Shown piece by piece: positions 18,885-27,811 of a stretch of 64,000 nucleotides of DNA (positions within the stretch are counted from its first letter, which is position 1; the number at the start of each line of letters is the position of its first letter). The notes below the pieces were generated by a model. The model was given only the letters and a program-made list of their open reading frames with translations. It was not told the origin of the DNA and did no database searches. This stretch comes from an uncultured bacterium (GTDB taxonomy: Bacteria > Oederibacteriota > JAAXVQ01 > JAUVAV01): NCBI GenBank assembly GCA_963710755.1, contig CAVQBK010000007.1, positions 64,001 to 128,000 on the forward strand, read 5' to 3'. The position numbers and the translations under genes are program-made.

Positions 18885-19442
18885 CTATTTTTTATCCCGA
18901 CTGACATACCAGATCCGTTTTTGATTATTGCTGAAATCAGTATTAACCTTGATGTTTTTAACACCTGTCAAATCCAATAGGCCGACTAAATAAGCTGATA
19001 CCATAGGCAAGAATGACTTAGGGATATGGGGATAATCCAATAAAATAAATTCAGCAGAAAATTTATCCCGATGCTCAATGCACTGGACATGACCAACGGA
19101 ATGGATGGTGCTCCACACTTTGGCTGCCTGACTGATCACGAATTCAGGGGTGGCAAAACGCAAAATGACTTTATACACCCCATTCATTTGATCTTGTGCC
19201 ATATCATAATTATATTGCCATAGGGCCTTTTCAAGTGACAATTTTGGGTATAACAAAGGTGCAGCGGAATGCACCAGTTTGATGGCAAAGTCGATAGGGA
19301 TTTTTGAAATATGAATAACACGATTAAACCGTTTTTGTTCATCCGGCGACAATTGTTTTAAAAAGGTGGCCAAAATATCGGGTCCTTTGGCCTTTAATTG
19401 ACTGCGCAAATAAACAACACCGGTGCCTTTAACCTCACCCAT
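18885..19442 (-). CDS. Hypothetical protein, DUF2378 / H-NOX-V4R-like pattern
   Basis: RBS AGGAGG before ATG 19442; EVKGT start, LRFATPEFVISQAAKVW and YLVGLLDLTGVKN resemble myxobacterial DUF2378-type proteins. Confidence 0.6.
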   Translation of the reverse strand: MGEVKGTGVVYLRSQLKAKGPDILATFLKQLSPDEQKRFNRVIHISKIPIDFAIKLVHSAAPLLYPKLSLEKALWQYNYDMAQDQMNGVYKVILRFATPEFVISQAAKVWSTIHSVGHVQCIEHRDKFSAEFILLDYPHIPKSFLPMVSAYLVGLLDLTGVKNIKVNTDFSNNQKRIWYVSRDKK

Positions 19443-19596
19443 GATTGGCCTCCTGACGGTCTGCTCACGGCATGGGTATAGTTTCGGATTGATTTTGATG
19501 GATTGAAGGCGGTGGCAAATGAAAAAAACGCCCATAATGCTTGCGGATGAGAGCAATCCCCGGGAGTTAACCAACGAAGGTAGGAAGCTATGATCA

Positions 19597-20661
19597 TCAA
19601 TGACGGATGGTTAGCTTCAGACCCTTTTTAACGTTCACATCAAGCTGGCCGGATTTTTCGGTGACCAAGCCTTTTAACTGAAAACGCGCCTTTACATTGA
19701 GGGTATTACCCTCCACAGTGCTACTGGTGGTGCCGGTTAATGCTAATTTGGGAAAGCCGAAACCATGATATTGAGCCTGCAGGACCAGGGCTTCCTGTTG
19801 GTCGGCGTGGGTTATCTTTATCGGTTCTTGCGCAGCCCCCAGGTCGAGGCGGACAAAAGCGATGGCGCCCGGATCGGGGATTTTTTTCTTGATCACTTTA
19901 AAGTAGGGTGTGGCCAGAAGGAAAAAAACAGTTAACAGCAACAGCGAAAGTCCCAGTATGAAAAAAGCCATCATTCGTTTAAATGGCGAGACAACAGGAC
20001 CAGGCTTGCCCGGTGAGGTGTTGGGGAGCAGGCGGTCCAGGACCAGGGCCGGCAGATAAGTTAAGCCGCCGGCCCATAGCACATCGGAAGCAAAATGGGC
20101 GCCTTGCGCCATGCGGGCGATGCCCATCAACGTGCCAAAACCAAAGCCGGTCACCAACCAGAAGGTTTTTCTTTTTTTGTCCGTTAAGGCCAGGGCCACC
20201 AGCAGGAATCCTACGGAAGCGTGACCACAGGGGAAGCTCTTTCCCCGGCCGGGCAGACCGGGCTGATAGATACGGTGAAAAGTCTGCTGACCTCCGAATT
20301 GCGTCACATCACGGGGCCGGGGCCGGCCCCAATAGCCTTTGCCCAGGACATTGATCAACAAGCCAGGACCCACCAGCAGGGTTAGAAGGATCAAGGCTGC
20401 TGCCCGGCGCCGGGGAATGAAGCGCGGCCAAATCCAGGAACCAAGGAATACCACCAGGCCGCCTATGCCCAGCAGCAAGCCGGGAAGAGTGCCGTAGTGA
20501 TACAACCAGGACCAGGGTGGCTGGTCGCCGTAGGGCCAACCGTTGTGGTAAAACCAGGACGCCATGGTGAGATCGAGGTTGGTGATCGCAAAAGGTACGG
20601 TAAACACCAGCAACAGGAGTGAAGGTAACCAAAGCGATTTTAAGATGGATTTAAGCTGCAT
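19597..20661 (-). CDS. PAP2 family membrane phosphatase (lipid phosphate / lipid A phosphatase-like) with C-terminal extension
   Basis: KGYWGRPRP, SFPCGH and RMAQGAHFASD catalytic motifs. Confidence 0.9.
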   Translation of the reverse strand: MQLKSILKSLWLPSLLLLVFTVPFAITNLDLTMASWFYHNGWPYGDQPPWSWLYHYGTLPGLLLGIGGLVVFLGSWIWPRFIPRRRAAALILLTLLVGPGLLINVLGKGYWGRPRPRDVTQFGGQQTFHRIYQPGLPGRGKSFPCGHASVGFLLVALALTDKKRKTFWLVTGFGFGTLMGIARMAQGAHFASDVLWAGGLTYLPALVLDRLLPNTSPGKPGPVVSPFKRMMAFFILGLSLLLLTVFFLLATPYFKVIKKKIPDPGAIAFVRLDLGAAQEPIKITHADQQEALVLQAQYHGFGFPKLALTGTTSSTVEGNTLNVKARFQLKGLVTEKSGQLDVNVKKGLKLTIRH

Positions 20662-20769
20662 ATAGCCTGCCTGGGAAAGGAATTGAGCAAGATCATAATC
20701 GAGTTTGACTGTGGGATCAATTAAAAAGTCCCGGCATTAAGATCTCGGACGCAATCGGTTGCGTCCTTC

Positions 20770-22887
20770 TTAAAAATGAAACCGGCCTTTAAGAAACACC
20801 TGGTCATTATTTTTCAACAGGAAAGCGTCGGCTTCTTCCGGGGCCATGATGTAAAACCATCCCAGTTCAAAATCGAGACTGCCCGATTGGTGCCAGATAA
20901 ATTCCGGCCGCAGTACCAGGGCATTGTCTTCCAAGTTGTAGGCGGCGTTCATCTTCATGGTATAACTGTCGCGCAGAATGTCCCAGGAAATACTGCCGGC
21001 CACATCCTGCTGTGCATCTTTTGCCGCCACCAGCGGTTGGTCGTTGTCCAGAATGATAGCGTGGGAAAATAAAAGATTAATATAAAAATTTTCCCATACG
21101 TGATAATCAGCACCAACCACATACTGAACTTCGTTTTTAGACACCACCGCTAAGTCTGCCTGTTGCTGGAAATGACGGTTCTCAAAATAGGCTACTTCTG
21201 CCCTTAGCCCCACGCTACCAACTGCGGCTTCCATGTCCAGGCCGTACAATTTAAACCGATGGTAAGTGAGGTCATAGGTGAGGTCACTGCCATTGAGGGT
21301 GTCGAAAAAAGCAGGCGTCACGGTGGCGAGTAAAAGCGGTAATTGCCTGGGATCGAGCAATACCGGCAACACAGCGGCACCGTTGGGCGTGCGTGGTTGA
21401 AGCAAGGGGATTTTATCATACCCATAGTAATAACACAGGCCAACATCGAAACCGGGGAAACTTTTAGTGAGGCGCAGTCCGCTGTCACCTTTATCCCAAA
21501 AACTGCCGGCCGGTTCCTGCTGCATGAAAGACAATCTTTCTAATGGGGCACCGTGCGGTGCCAACTGTCCGATCAGATGGTCAACGGCATGATCGGTCAG
21601 GGCCCAGTCGGAATCGCGGTAAATAATGAGCGAGGGTATGAACCAGGGCGCATAAATGCCTTCCAGATTGAAAAAATCATTGAACCAGGTAACGCGCACC
21701 AGGGGAATAGGTATTTTGCGTTCCGGCCGGTCATTGAGCAGATACTCCGTCAAATCTTCGGGGTTGATGACATCGAGCGGAGATATTTCATCGGTCCGTC
21801 CCCAACGCACCGTCTGATAACCCACCCCTACCCGCAGGAAATCACCGACCAGGTTAAGGTAGCTCTCGGCCGGGCGCATATCGGAGAGCGTATACAGGCC
21901 GGGATCGTATTCCTCAATGTAGCGAAAGCGCACCCCCGCCTTGATGAAATTTTGCATGCCCCAGCCGTATTTTGCCCCCACCACCATCAGGGTGCGAATG
22001 TCGCGGGAAGACTCGAAAGCATTGTCTTTGCTGACATCACGGGCATATTTAATGGTCAGATCGGTTTTGAATTGTAAATGATCCACCAAATGATTCAGCG
22101 TCTGTGCAAATACCACCCCCGGTTTGGGGGCCACCACGATGGTGTTGTCTTCGGTGAAAACTTTGTAGGATGACGCCTGGGCCTCGCTGAAATTGACGAT
22201 AACCTTGACCTTGCTTCTGGTCCGTTGCAGCTGAACGCTGTCCAGGACATCATCCTGAATGCTGAGGTTGGGTTTGACCTGCCGTGAGAGCCTGATATTG
22301 GGAAGTTCAATCACCATGCGGTTGCGATCAGGGGCATAAAAAAGTTTGAGGTTTCGGACTGGAGCCAGGCACTGAATAGTCAGCAAAGCGGACAGGGTAT
22401 TGGTGACGGTCAAACCGGTGATTAGATTGCGCTGCACTGACGGGGTGGTGGGCTGCCAGGAAATGATCAGTCGCGAGCCCCGGGGGCGGGCTGAAAAGTG
22501 AATTGTCTGGCCGGTATGAACCGTCAAATCCAGTACGGTGGTGTTGCCGCGGGAGACAAGCGTCAGCTGTTGCAGAACCTTGTCCTTGAAGTAATGGGGC
22601 AGTGTGATTTTAGAGGAATGCCCTATTTTATCAAGGATGAGACGAAAGTGACGGCCCCCTTGCTCCTGCCGGGCATGCAACAAGTTGACAGGCCGACGGG
22701 TGTAGATTACCAGATAGTTTTGCCCGGGGGTGAACTGAATACGGCGGATGAGATTGCGTGGTTGTGCACCCGCAGCCGGAGCGGGCATTATCAGATGAAA
22801 CAGGATCGCCATCAGCAGCATTGATCCGGCCAAGCGGCTGACAAAGGTGTGCTGGTGTAAAATGACGTTGGCGGTCAGGTTGCGCAA
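20770..22887 (-). CDS. Outer-membrane protein: two AMIN-like domains plus a DUF1302-like beta-barrel
   Basis: N-terminal AMIN-like repeats (LKLFYAPDRNRMVIELP); barrel motifs GYQTVRWGRTD and SPLDVINPEDL; terminal NDQVFLKGRFHF. Start codon uncertain. Confidence 0.72.
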   Translation of the reverse strand: MRNLTANVILHQHTFVSRLAGSMLLMAILFHLIMPAPAAGAQPRNLIRRIQFTPGQNYLVIYTRRPVNLLHARQEQGGRHFRLILDKIGHSSKITLPHYFKDKVLQQLTLVSRGNTTVLDLTVHTGQTIHFSARPRGSRLIISWQPTTPSVQRNLITGLTVTNTLSALLTIQCLAPVRNLKLFYAPDRNRMVIELPNIRLSRQVKPNLSIQDDVLDSVQLQRTRSKVKVIVNFSEAQASSYKVFTEDNTIVVAPKPGVVFAQTLNHLVDHLQFKTDLTIKYARDVSKDNAFESSRDIRTLMVVGAKYGWGMQNFIKAGVRFRYIEEYDPGLYTLSDMRPAESYLNLVGDFLRVGVGYQTVRWGRTDEISPLDVINPEDLTEYLLNDRPERKIPIPLVRVTWFNDFFNLEGIYAPWFIPSLIIYRDSDWALTDHAVDHLIGQLAPHGAPLERLSFMQQEPAGSFWDKGDSGLRLTKSFPGFDVGLCYYYGYDKIPLLQPRTPNGAAVLPVLLDPRQLPLLLATVTPAFFDTLNGSDLTYDLTYHRFKLYGLDMEAAVGSVGLRAEVAYFENRHFQQQADLAVVSKNEVQYVVGADYHVWENFYINLLFSHAIILDNDQPLVAAKDAQQDVAGSISWDILRDSYTMKMNAAYNLEDNALVLRPEFIWHQSGSLDFELGWFYIMAPEEADAFLLKNNDQVFLKGRFHF

Positions 22888-22899
22888 GGCCTGCTCCGC

Positions 22900-23691
22900 T
22901 TAATAGCTTTCCAGGGCGGTTTTGGTGAAATAAGCATTGGCTAGCGGCTTGTTGTAACTCACTTTGCTCAAGCTGACCACGGTTTGATGGTGCCGCTTGA
23001 GATCATGGAAGGTCATTTTCATAACGGTCCAGATGCCATTGATCTTTTCAATCCGGTTGGCTTCGAAAGTTTTAACCAGTTTGCCGTGCTTGTCATAAAA
23101 TTCGCCTTTAAGGGCCAAATAATCCAAGTCCTTGGCAAGCCAGCTTTTTCGGTAGCGGTACTGGGAATCCTGGGGTTTTTTGGGCGTGCTTTTAAGGATG
23201 TAGACCACCGGGTGGCCTTTGAAGGAGACCGTGCTGAGGAGCTCATGACGGTCGAGGTTGACCTCGCGACGTTCCATGTCTTCGTAGGTAATGTCGGAAT
23301 TGACAAATTGTCCGTCTTTTTGAGTAGTCACAATACGGCGTACCCGTTTTAAAGCCGGCAGGTATATGAATTGATCGTCCGTGCCCTCATTGTCCCAGGA
23401 TAAAAAACTGGTACCGGCAATGTCGGCCGGTGCACTGAACCGGATCAGGGTTTTGATCCGCTGGCCATAATCCTTGCTGTAGGAGGTGTAGGTTCTGGTT
23501 TTTTCTTTGCCGTGGCGGTCGACCAGCGTCATGGTGCCTTGAGCTTGAAAGGTTTTGCCGTCGTCGCGGTCGTAAGCGTGTTGAGCAATCGCCGCACCCG
23601 TAGGGGCGGCCGAACTTAAACCCGTTCCCGAACAAAGCAGGGACAGGGCCCCGGCAATAACCATCAGCTCTTGTTTTCTGAAATTCATCAT
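22900..23691 (-). CDS. Outer membrane lipoprotein-sorting (LolA-like) periplasmic protein
   Basis: RFSAPADIAGTSFL, DDQFIYLPALKRVRRI, FVNSDITYEDM and FYDKHGKLVK; signal peptide. Confidence 0.88.
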   Translation of the reverse strand: MMNFRKQELMVIAGALSLLCSGTGLSSAAPTGAAIAQHAYDRDDGKTFQAQGTMTLVDRHGKEKTRTYTSYSKDYGQRIKTLIRFSAPADIAGTSFLSWDNEGTDDQFIYLPALKRVRRIVTTQKDGQFVNSDITYEDMERREVNLDRHELLSTVSFKGHPVVYILKSTPKKPQDSQYRYRKSWLAKDLDYLALKGEFYDKHGKLVKTFEANRIEKINGIWTVMKMTFHDLKRHHQTVVSLSKVSYNKPLANAYFTKTALESY

Positions 23692-25985
23692 TGTCCTCCC
23701 TCGATTGCTTTGGCCTCGAGTCTGACCCCGGACCTATTGGGCAGCAGGTTTAAAACCGCGGGCATAAATAAAAGATCTCCCATCAATGCAGTGACCATGA
23801 TGAGGGAGGTTAAAATACCAAATTGCACCACCGGCATCATAGTACCCATTACCGCCACCGCAAAGCCGCAGAAGAGTACCACCGACGTGGTGACCACGGC
23901 CGGGCCTTTGACCATCATGGCCCGCTGAATGGCCTCGGTCGCGGGGATTCCGGCCTTACGTTCAGCTTGATAATGATATAACAAGTGGATGGTATCATCA
24001 ACCACTATGCCGAAGACCGTGGCCGAGATTAAAGCGGTGCCCGTGTTGAGGGGGATCTTAAGAAGGCCCATGATGCCGAAATTCAGCACCACCGGAAAGA
24101 TATTGGGGATCAAACTGATGAAGCCGAGCTTCCATGAAAGAAACACCAAAAACAACAAAATCGAGATGGATACCACAGTCAGAATCAGGGTGATGATTTG
24201 ATTGCTCACCAATTCCTTGGCGATTTGAATGACTTCCGTGCCGGCATCGGTGACATGCACTTGGAGGTCCGGTGGCGGCGGATTTTTTTTCAAATAATCT
24301 TGCATGGAGGCCACCTGCAGCCCAAGATCATGGCTGCCGTGGTAAATGGTGCGCATCAACAGGCGGGCTCGGCTGTAATCGGAGGTAATGTACTCGTCAA
24401 TATCATCGGAATCGTACAAAAGCATATATTGGGCCACCAGGGCCCGGCTTTCGGGGATGCGGTAATAGGCCGGATCTTCGCCGTGAAAAGACTGATTCAT
24501 GTCCTTAATGAAATCGGCAAAAGACAACGTCTTTTTAATGTCAGGACGGGTGCGCATATAGGCCTGGACCCGGTCGAGATAATTTAAATTGACTGGTTCT
24601 TTAAACGCATCCTCCGGACCACTCAGGTCCAGGGACAGGGTGGAGACCGGTACCAGCTGACGGTCAATGAAGTCTGTGGCCGTGCGCACATCGGTGCCGG
24701 GTTTGAACCAGTCCACCAAATTGGTATCAATTGGAATACGCGGGATCAGTGCCAACGACAGGACCATGGCCGCCAGGTGCGCCCAAAACACGGGACGGGC
24801 ATGACGTTGTAAAAAGGCACCGAGCTTGATCATCCAGGACCTGAGCCGGTGATGGAGGTCTTCGCGCGGTGGGAAGGGCCGGCGCAACACCAGACTCATC
24901 ATGGCAGGTGCAAAACTGAAGGTGATGATAAAAATGAAGGCAATGCCTACGGCGGCTACGGCCCCGAATTCCCGGATCGGCGGGATATGACTGATGGTCA
25001 GGGAGGAAAAACCGATGCCTGTGGTCAGCACCGTAAACAGGGAAGGCCGGTAAGTTTCCATGAGCGCCGCGATCATGGCCTCCCGCGGAGGTTGTGAGTG
25101 CTGGTAATGCTTGTAATGAGAAAAAATGTGGATCACGCTGGCCAGGCTGATGGCCATAATAATGGTCGGCGCCAGCCCGGTGAAATTGTTCATGGTGATA
25201 TGGGCCAGACTCATGAACCCAAAGGTGCATACCATGGCCACACCCATGTTCAGGAAGGAGAGAAAGGCAATGCGCAAATTGAGAAAAATGAGCGCTGCAA
25301 TAATGACCATGGCCACAAAGGAAACGGGGATGAAATGCTCCATATCCCGTACAATGGATTCGCCCAGACGGAGGTTGATGAAGCTCGGTCCGGCGATATA
25401 AAAGTGAACTTTGTCCTGCGTCTGATAGGGTGCCAGCAAAGCGTTAACTTTTTTAAAAAGGTCGACTCGAAAATCCTCGTTTTGTTCGTTTATCACCGGT
25501 TCCACCACGATGGCAGCTGTGCGGCCATCCTTGGAAATCAGGAGATTGCGGTACAGCGGATTGGCCAGGGCCACGGCCTTTTTTTCGGACAAGCTGTTGG
25601 GGTGGCTAGGTACTTGCTCCAGAAATTTTTTAACTTCAAAATAATCCCTGCCACCAATAATATCATCCACATTGGTCAGGCTATGCACTTGATCCACAGT
25701 ATCCCAGGAGGACAATTCGTCGGTCAACTGTTGGATCATAGTTAACCAGCGGGGCTGAAAAATGTCCTGTTCCTTGAAAACAATGACGAACATTTCTTCC
25801 ACGCCGAATACTTTTTTAAAGTGTTTATAAAAGGTGATTTCCGCGTTGTTGTCCACCGTGACAAAGTCGATGTTGTTGGCGGTTTTAAGCTGGGGCAGGG
25901 CCAGCAGAAAGGGGAAGCTCAGCAGTAGGACAGCTGCGAGGGTCAGCAGAGGATGATATACAAAAAAGGTGAAAAGCTTCTTCAT
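23688..25985 (-). CDS. MMPL/RND family lipid exporter
   Basis: Two-repeat RND architecture; LTTGIGFSSL, PPIREFG, SLIPNIFP and GIVVDDTIH. Confidence 0.92.
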   Translation of the reverse strand: MKKLFTFFVYHPLLTLAAVLLLSFPFLLALPQLKTANNIDFVTVDNNAEITFYKHFKKVFGVEEMFVIVFKEQDIFQPRWLTMIQQLTDELSSWDTVDQVHSLTNVDDIIGGRDYFEVKKFLEQVPSHPNSLSEKKAVALANPLYRNLLISKDGRTAAIVVEPVINEQNEDFRVDLFKKVNALLAPYQTQDKVHFYIAGPSFINLRLGESIVRDMEHFIPVSFVAMVIIAALIFLNLRIAFLSFLNMGVAMVCTFGFMSLAHITMNNFTGLAPTIIMAISLASVIHIFSHYKHYQHSQPPREAMIAALMETYRPSLFTVLTTGIGFSSLTISHIPPIREFGAVAAVGIAFIFIITFSFAPAMMSLVLRRPFPPREDLHHRLRSWMIKLGAFLQRHARPVFWAHLAAMVLSLALIPRIPIDTNLVDWFKPGTDVRTATDFIDRQLVPVSTLSLDLSGPEDAFKEPVNLNYLDRVQAYMRTRPDIKKTLSFADFIKDMNQSFHGEDPAYYRIPESRALVAQYMLLYDSDDIDEYITSDYSRARLLMRTIYHGSHDLGLQVASMQDYLKKNPPPPDLQVHVTDAGTEVIQIAKELVSNQIITLILTVVSISILLFLVFLSWKLGFISLIPNIFPVVLNFGIMGLLKIPLNTGTALISATVFGIVVDDTIHLLYHYQAERKAGIPATEAIQRAMMVKGPAVVTTSVVLFCGFAVAVMGTMMPVVQFGILTSLIMVTALMGDLLFMPAVLNLLPNRSGVRLEAKAIEGGQ

Positions 25986-26023
25986 GGGCTAAGCGGCGCA
26001 TCCTTCACGAAATCGGTAGTGTG

Positions 26024-26052
26024 ATTATAGCCTAATAAGTATCGGCTGAAAA
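26024..26052 (-). promoter_or_regulatory. Putative sigma70 promoter of the RND operon
   Basis: Minus strand TTTTCA-N17-TATAAT, about 40 bp upstream of ATG 25985. Confidence 0.4.
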
Positions 26053-26147
26053 CGGGAAAAATTGTTTCTTTTCATTTCGGTTGATCAATCGGGCTGATCA
26101 TGAGACATTAGAAAAGTTGGCCATAAAATGTACAAGGAGGCCTTGCC

Positions 26148-26621
26148 ATGAGCGAATTAAAAGTCGGCGATAAAGCCCCGGAGTTCACGCTTAATGACCA
26201 GGACAACCAAAAGGTGCGCCTCAAGGATTTTAAAGGCAAGTTTGTGGTACTCTATTTTTATCCCAAAGATGACACCCCGGGTTGCACTCAAGAAGCCTGT
26301 GATTTTCGCGACTATACCAAAGATTTTACCCGCCTGGATGTGGTGATTTTCGGGATCTCCAAGGATCCGGAAGCCAGTCATGTTAAATTTATCGAAAAAT
26401 ACGGTCTGCCTTTCAGCCTTCTCTCCGACCATGATACCAAAGTCATGCAGCAATACGGCGTCTGGAGGGAGAAAAACATGATGGGCAAAGTGTCCATGGG
26501 CGTTGTACGCTCCACCTTTATCATCAATCCTCTGGGCCGGATCATAAAAATCTATGACAAAGTCAAAGTGGCCGGTCATGTGGCCAAGGTGTTGCAGGAA
26601 TTGAAGGAGGAACTGCGCTGA
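26148..26621 (+). CDS. bcp: Thioredoxin-dependent thiol peroxidase Bcp (PrxQ)
   Basis: YFYPKDDTPGCTQEACDFRD and RSTFII; RBS AAGGAGG. Confidence 0.95.
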   Translation: MSELKVGDKAPEFTLNDQDNQKVRLKDFKGKFVVLYFYPKDDTPGCTQEACDFRDYTKDFTRLDVVIFGISKDPEASHVKFIEKYGLPFSLLSDHDTKVMQQYGVWREKNMMGKVSMGVVRSTFIINPLGRIIKIYDKVKVAGHVAKVLQELKEELR

Positions 26622-27700
26622 TGTTGCGTGAAATGATTGAAAAACTGGTCAGGCTTCAGGATCTGGGTCAGGACGATGCCCGCCGGGCCATGGAGACCAT
26701 TATGGCCGGCAAGGCAACGGACGCTCAGATTGCTGCCTTTATCACGGCCCTGCGTATGAAAGGCGAGAGCATTGATGAAATTACAGGCGCGGTCCTGGCC
26801 ATGCGTGCCGCCGCCGCGACCATCAAGGTCAAAGGTACGCTGGTGGAGATCAGCCAGGACGATGCGGTTCAGGCCATGGAAACCATTGTAGATACATGCG
26901 GCACAGGCGGAGATTGCACCAATACATTTAATATTTCTACAGCCGTGGCCCTGGTGGTGGCTGGGTGCGGCTTGACCGTGGCCAAGCACGGTAACCGTTC
27001 CGTGTCGTCCAAATCGGGCAGTGCCGATGTGTTGGAAGCCTGCGGTGTGGCCATCAATCTCTCGCCTTTGCAGGTCCAAACGTGCATTCAGGAGATCGGT
27101 CTGGGTTTTATGTTTGCCCCCACTTTTCATCCGGCCATGAAATATGCCATTGGTGTGCGCCGGGAGATCGGCATTCGCACCATCTTTAATATTCTTGGGC
27201 CGCTGTGCAATCCGGCCAATGCCAATGTCCATATTCTGGGTGTCTATGACGAAGCCTTGACCGAACCATTGGCCATGGTGTTGAGCCGCGTTGGCGTGAA
27301 ACGTGCCCTGGTGGTGCACGGAACGGGCGGACTGGATGAATTCTCTCTGTTGGGGCCCACCAAGGTGAGCCGCATTAACCCTGATGGAGACGGGGTCAGC
27401 ACCTTTTCCATCACGCCCGAGGAAGTCGGATTACAGACTTGTGAACTCAAAGCTCTGCAGGGCGGCAATGCCGCCGAGAATGCAGCCATTATCAATGCTA
27501 TTTTGGACGGCCAACCAGGAGCAAAAACCGACGCCGTGCTGCTCAATGCCGGAGCGGTACTGTGGGTGGCCGGCAGGACCAGTACTCTGGCTGAAGGCGT
27601 CAGCTATGCCCGCCAAGGATTGGGCAGCGGTCAGGCCAAGGCCAAGCTGGAACAACTGGTGGCCTTAACCAACCGCCTGGCCCACCCTGAAGAAGGGTGA
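26621..27700 (+). CDS. trpD: Anthranilate phosphoribosyltransferase
   Basis: DTCGTGGD, TFNIST, AKHGNRSVSSKSGSADVLE, RTIFNILGPL and GLDE. Confidence 0.96.
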   Translation: MLREMIEKLVRLQDLGQDDARRAMETIMAGKATDAQIAAFITALRMKGESIDEITGAVLAMRAAAATIKVKGTLVEISQDDAVQAMETIVDTCGTGGDCTNTFNISTAVALVVAGCGLTVAKHGNRSVSSKSGSADVLEACGVAINLSPLQVQTCIQEIGLGFMFAPTFHPAMKYAIGVRREIGIRTIFNILGPLCNPANANVHILGVYDEALTEPLAMVLSRVGVKRALVVHGTGGLDEFSLLGPTKVSRINPDGDGVSTFSITPEEVGLQTCELKALQGGNAAENAAIINAILDGQPGAKTDAVLLNAGAVLWVAGRTSTLAEGVSYARQGLGSGQAKAKLEQLVALTNRLAHPEEG

Positions 27701-27811
27701 GCTTAAGTCTTTGACGGCCGACGTCGCCAATAAGCCTGTATTGTATTGCCGGATTTGCCTTGCCAGAAGCCGGAACCTTATCTTTTACCCCATAATGTAA
27801 GGAGACGACCA

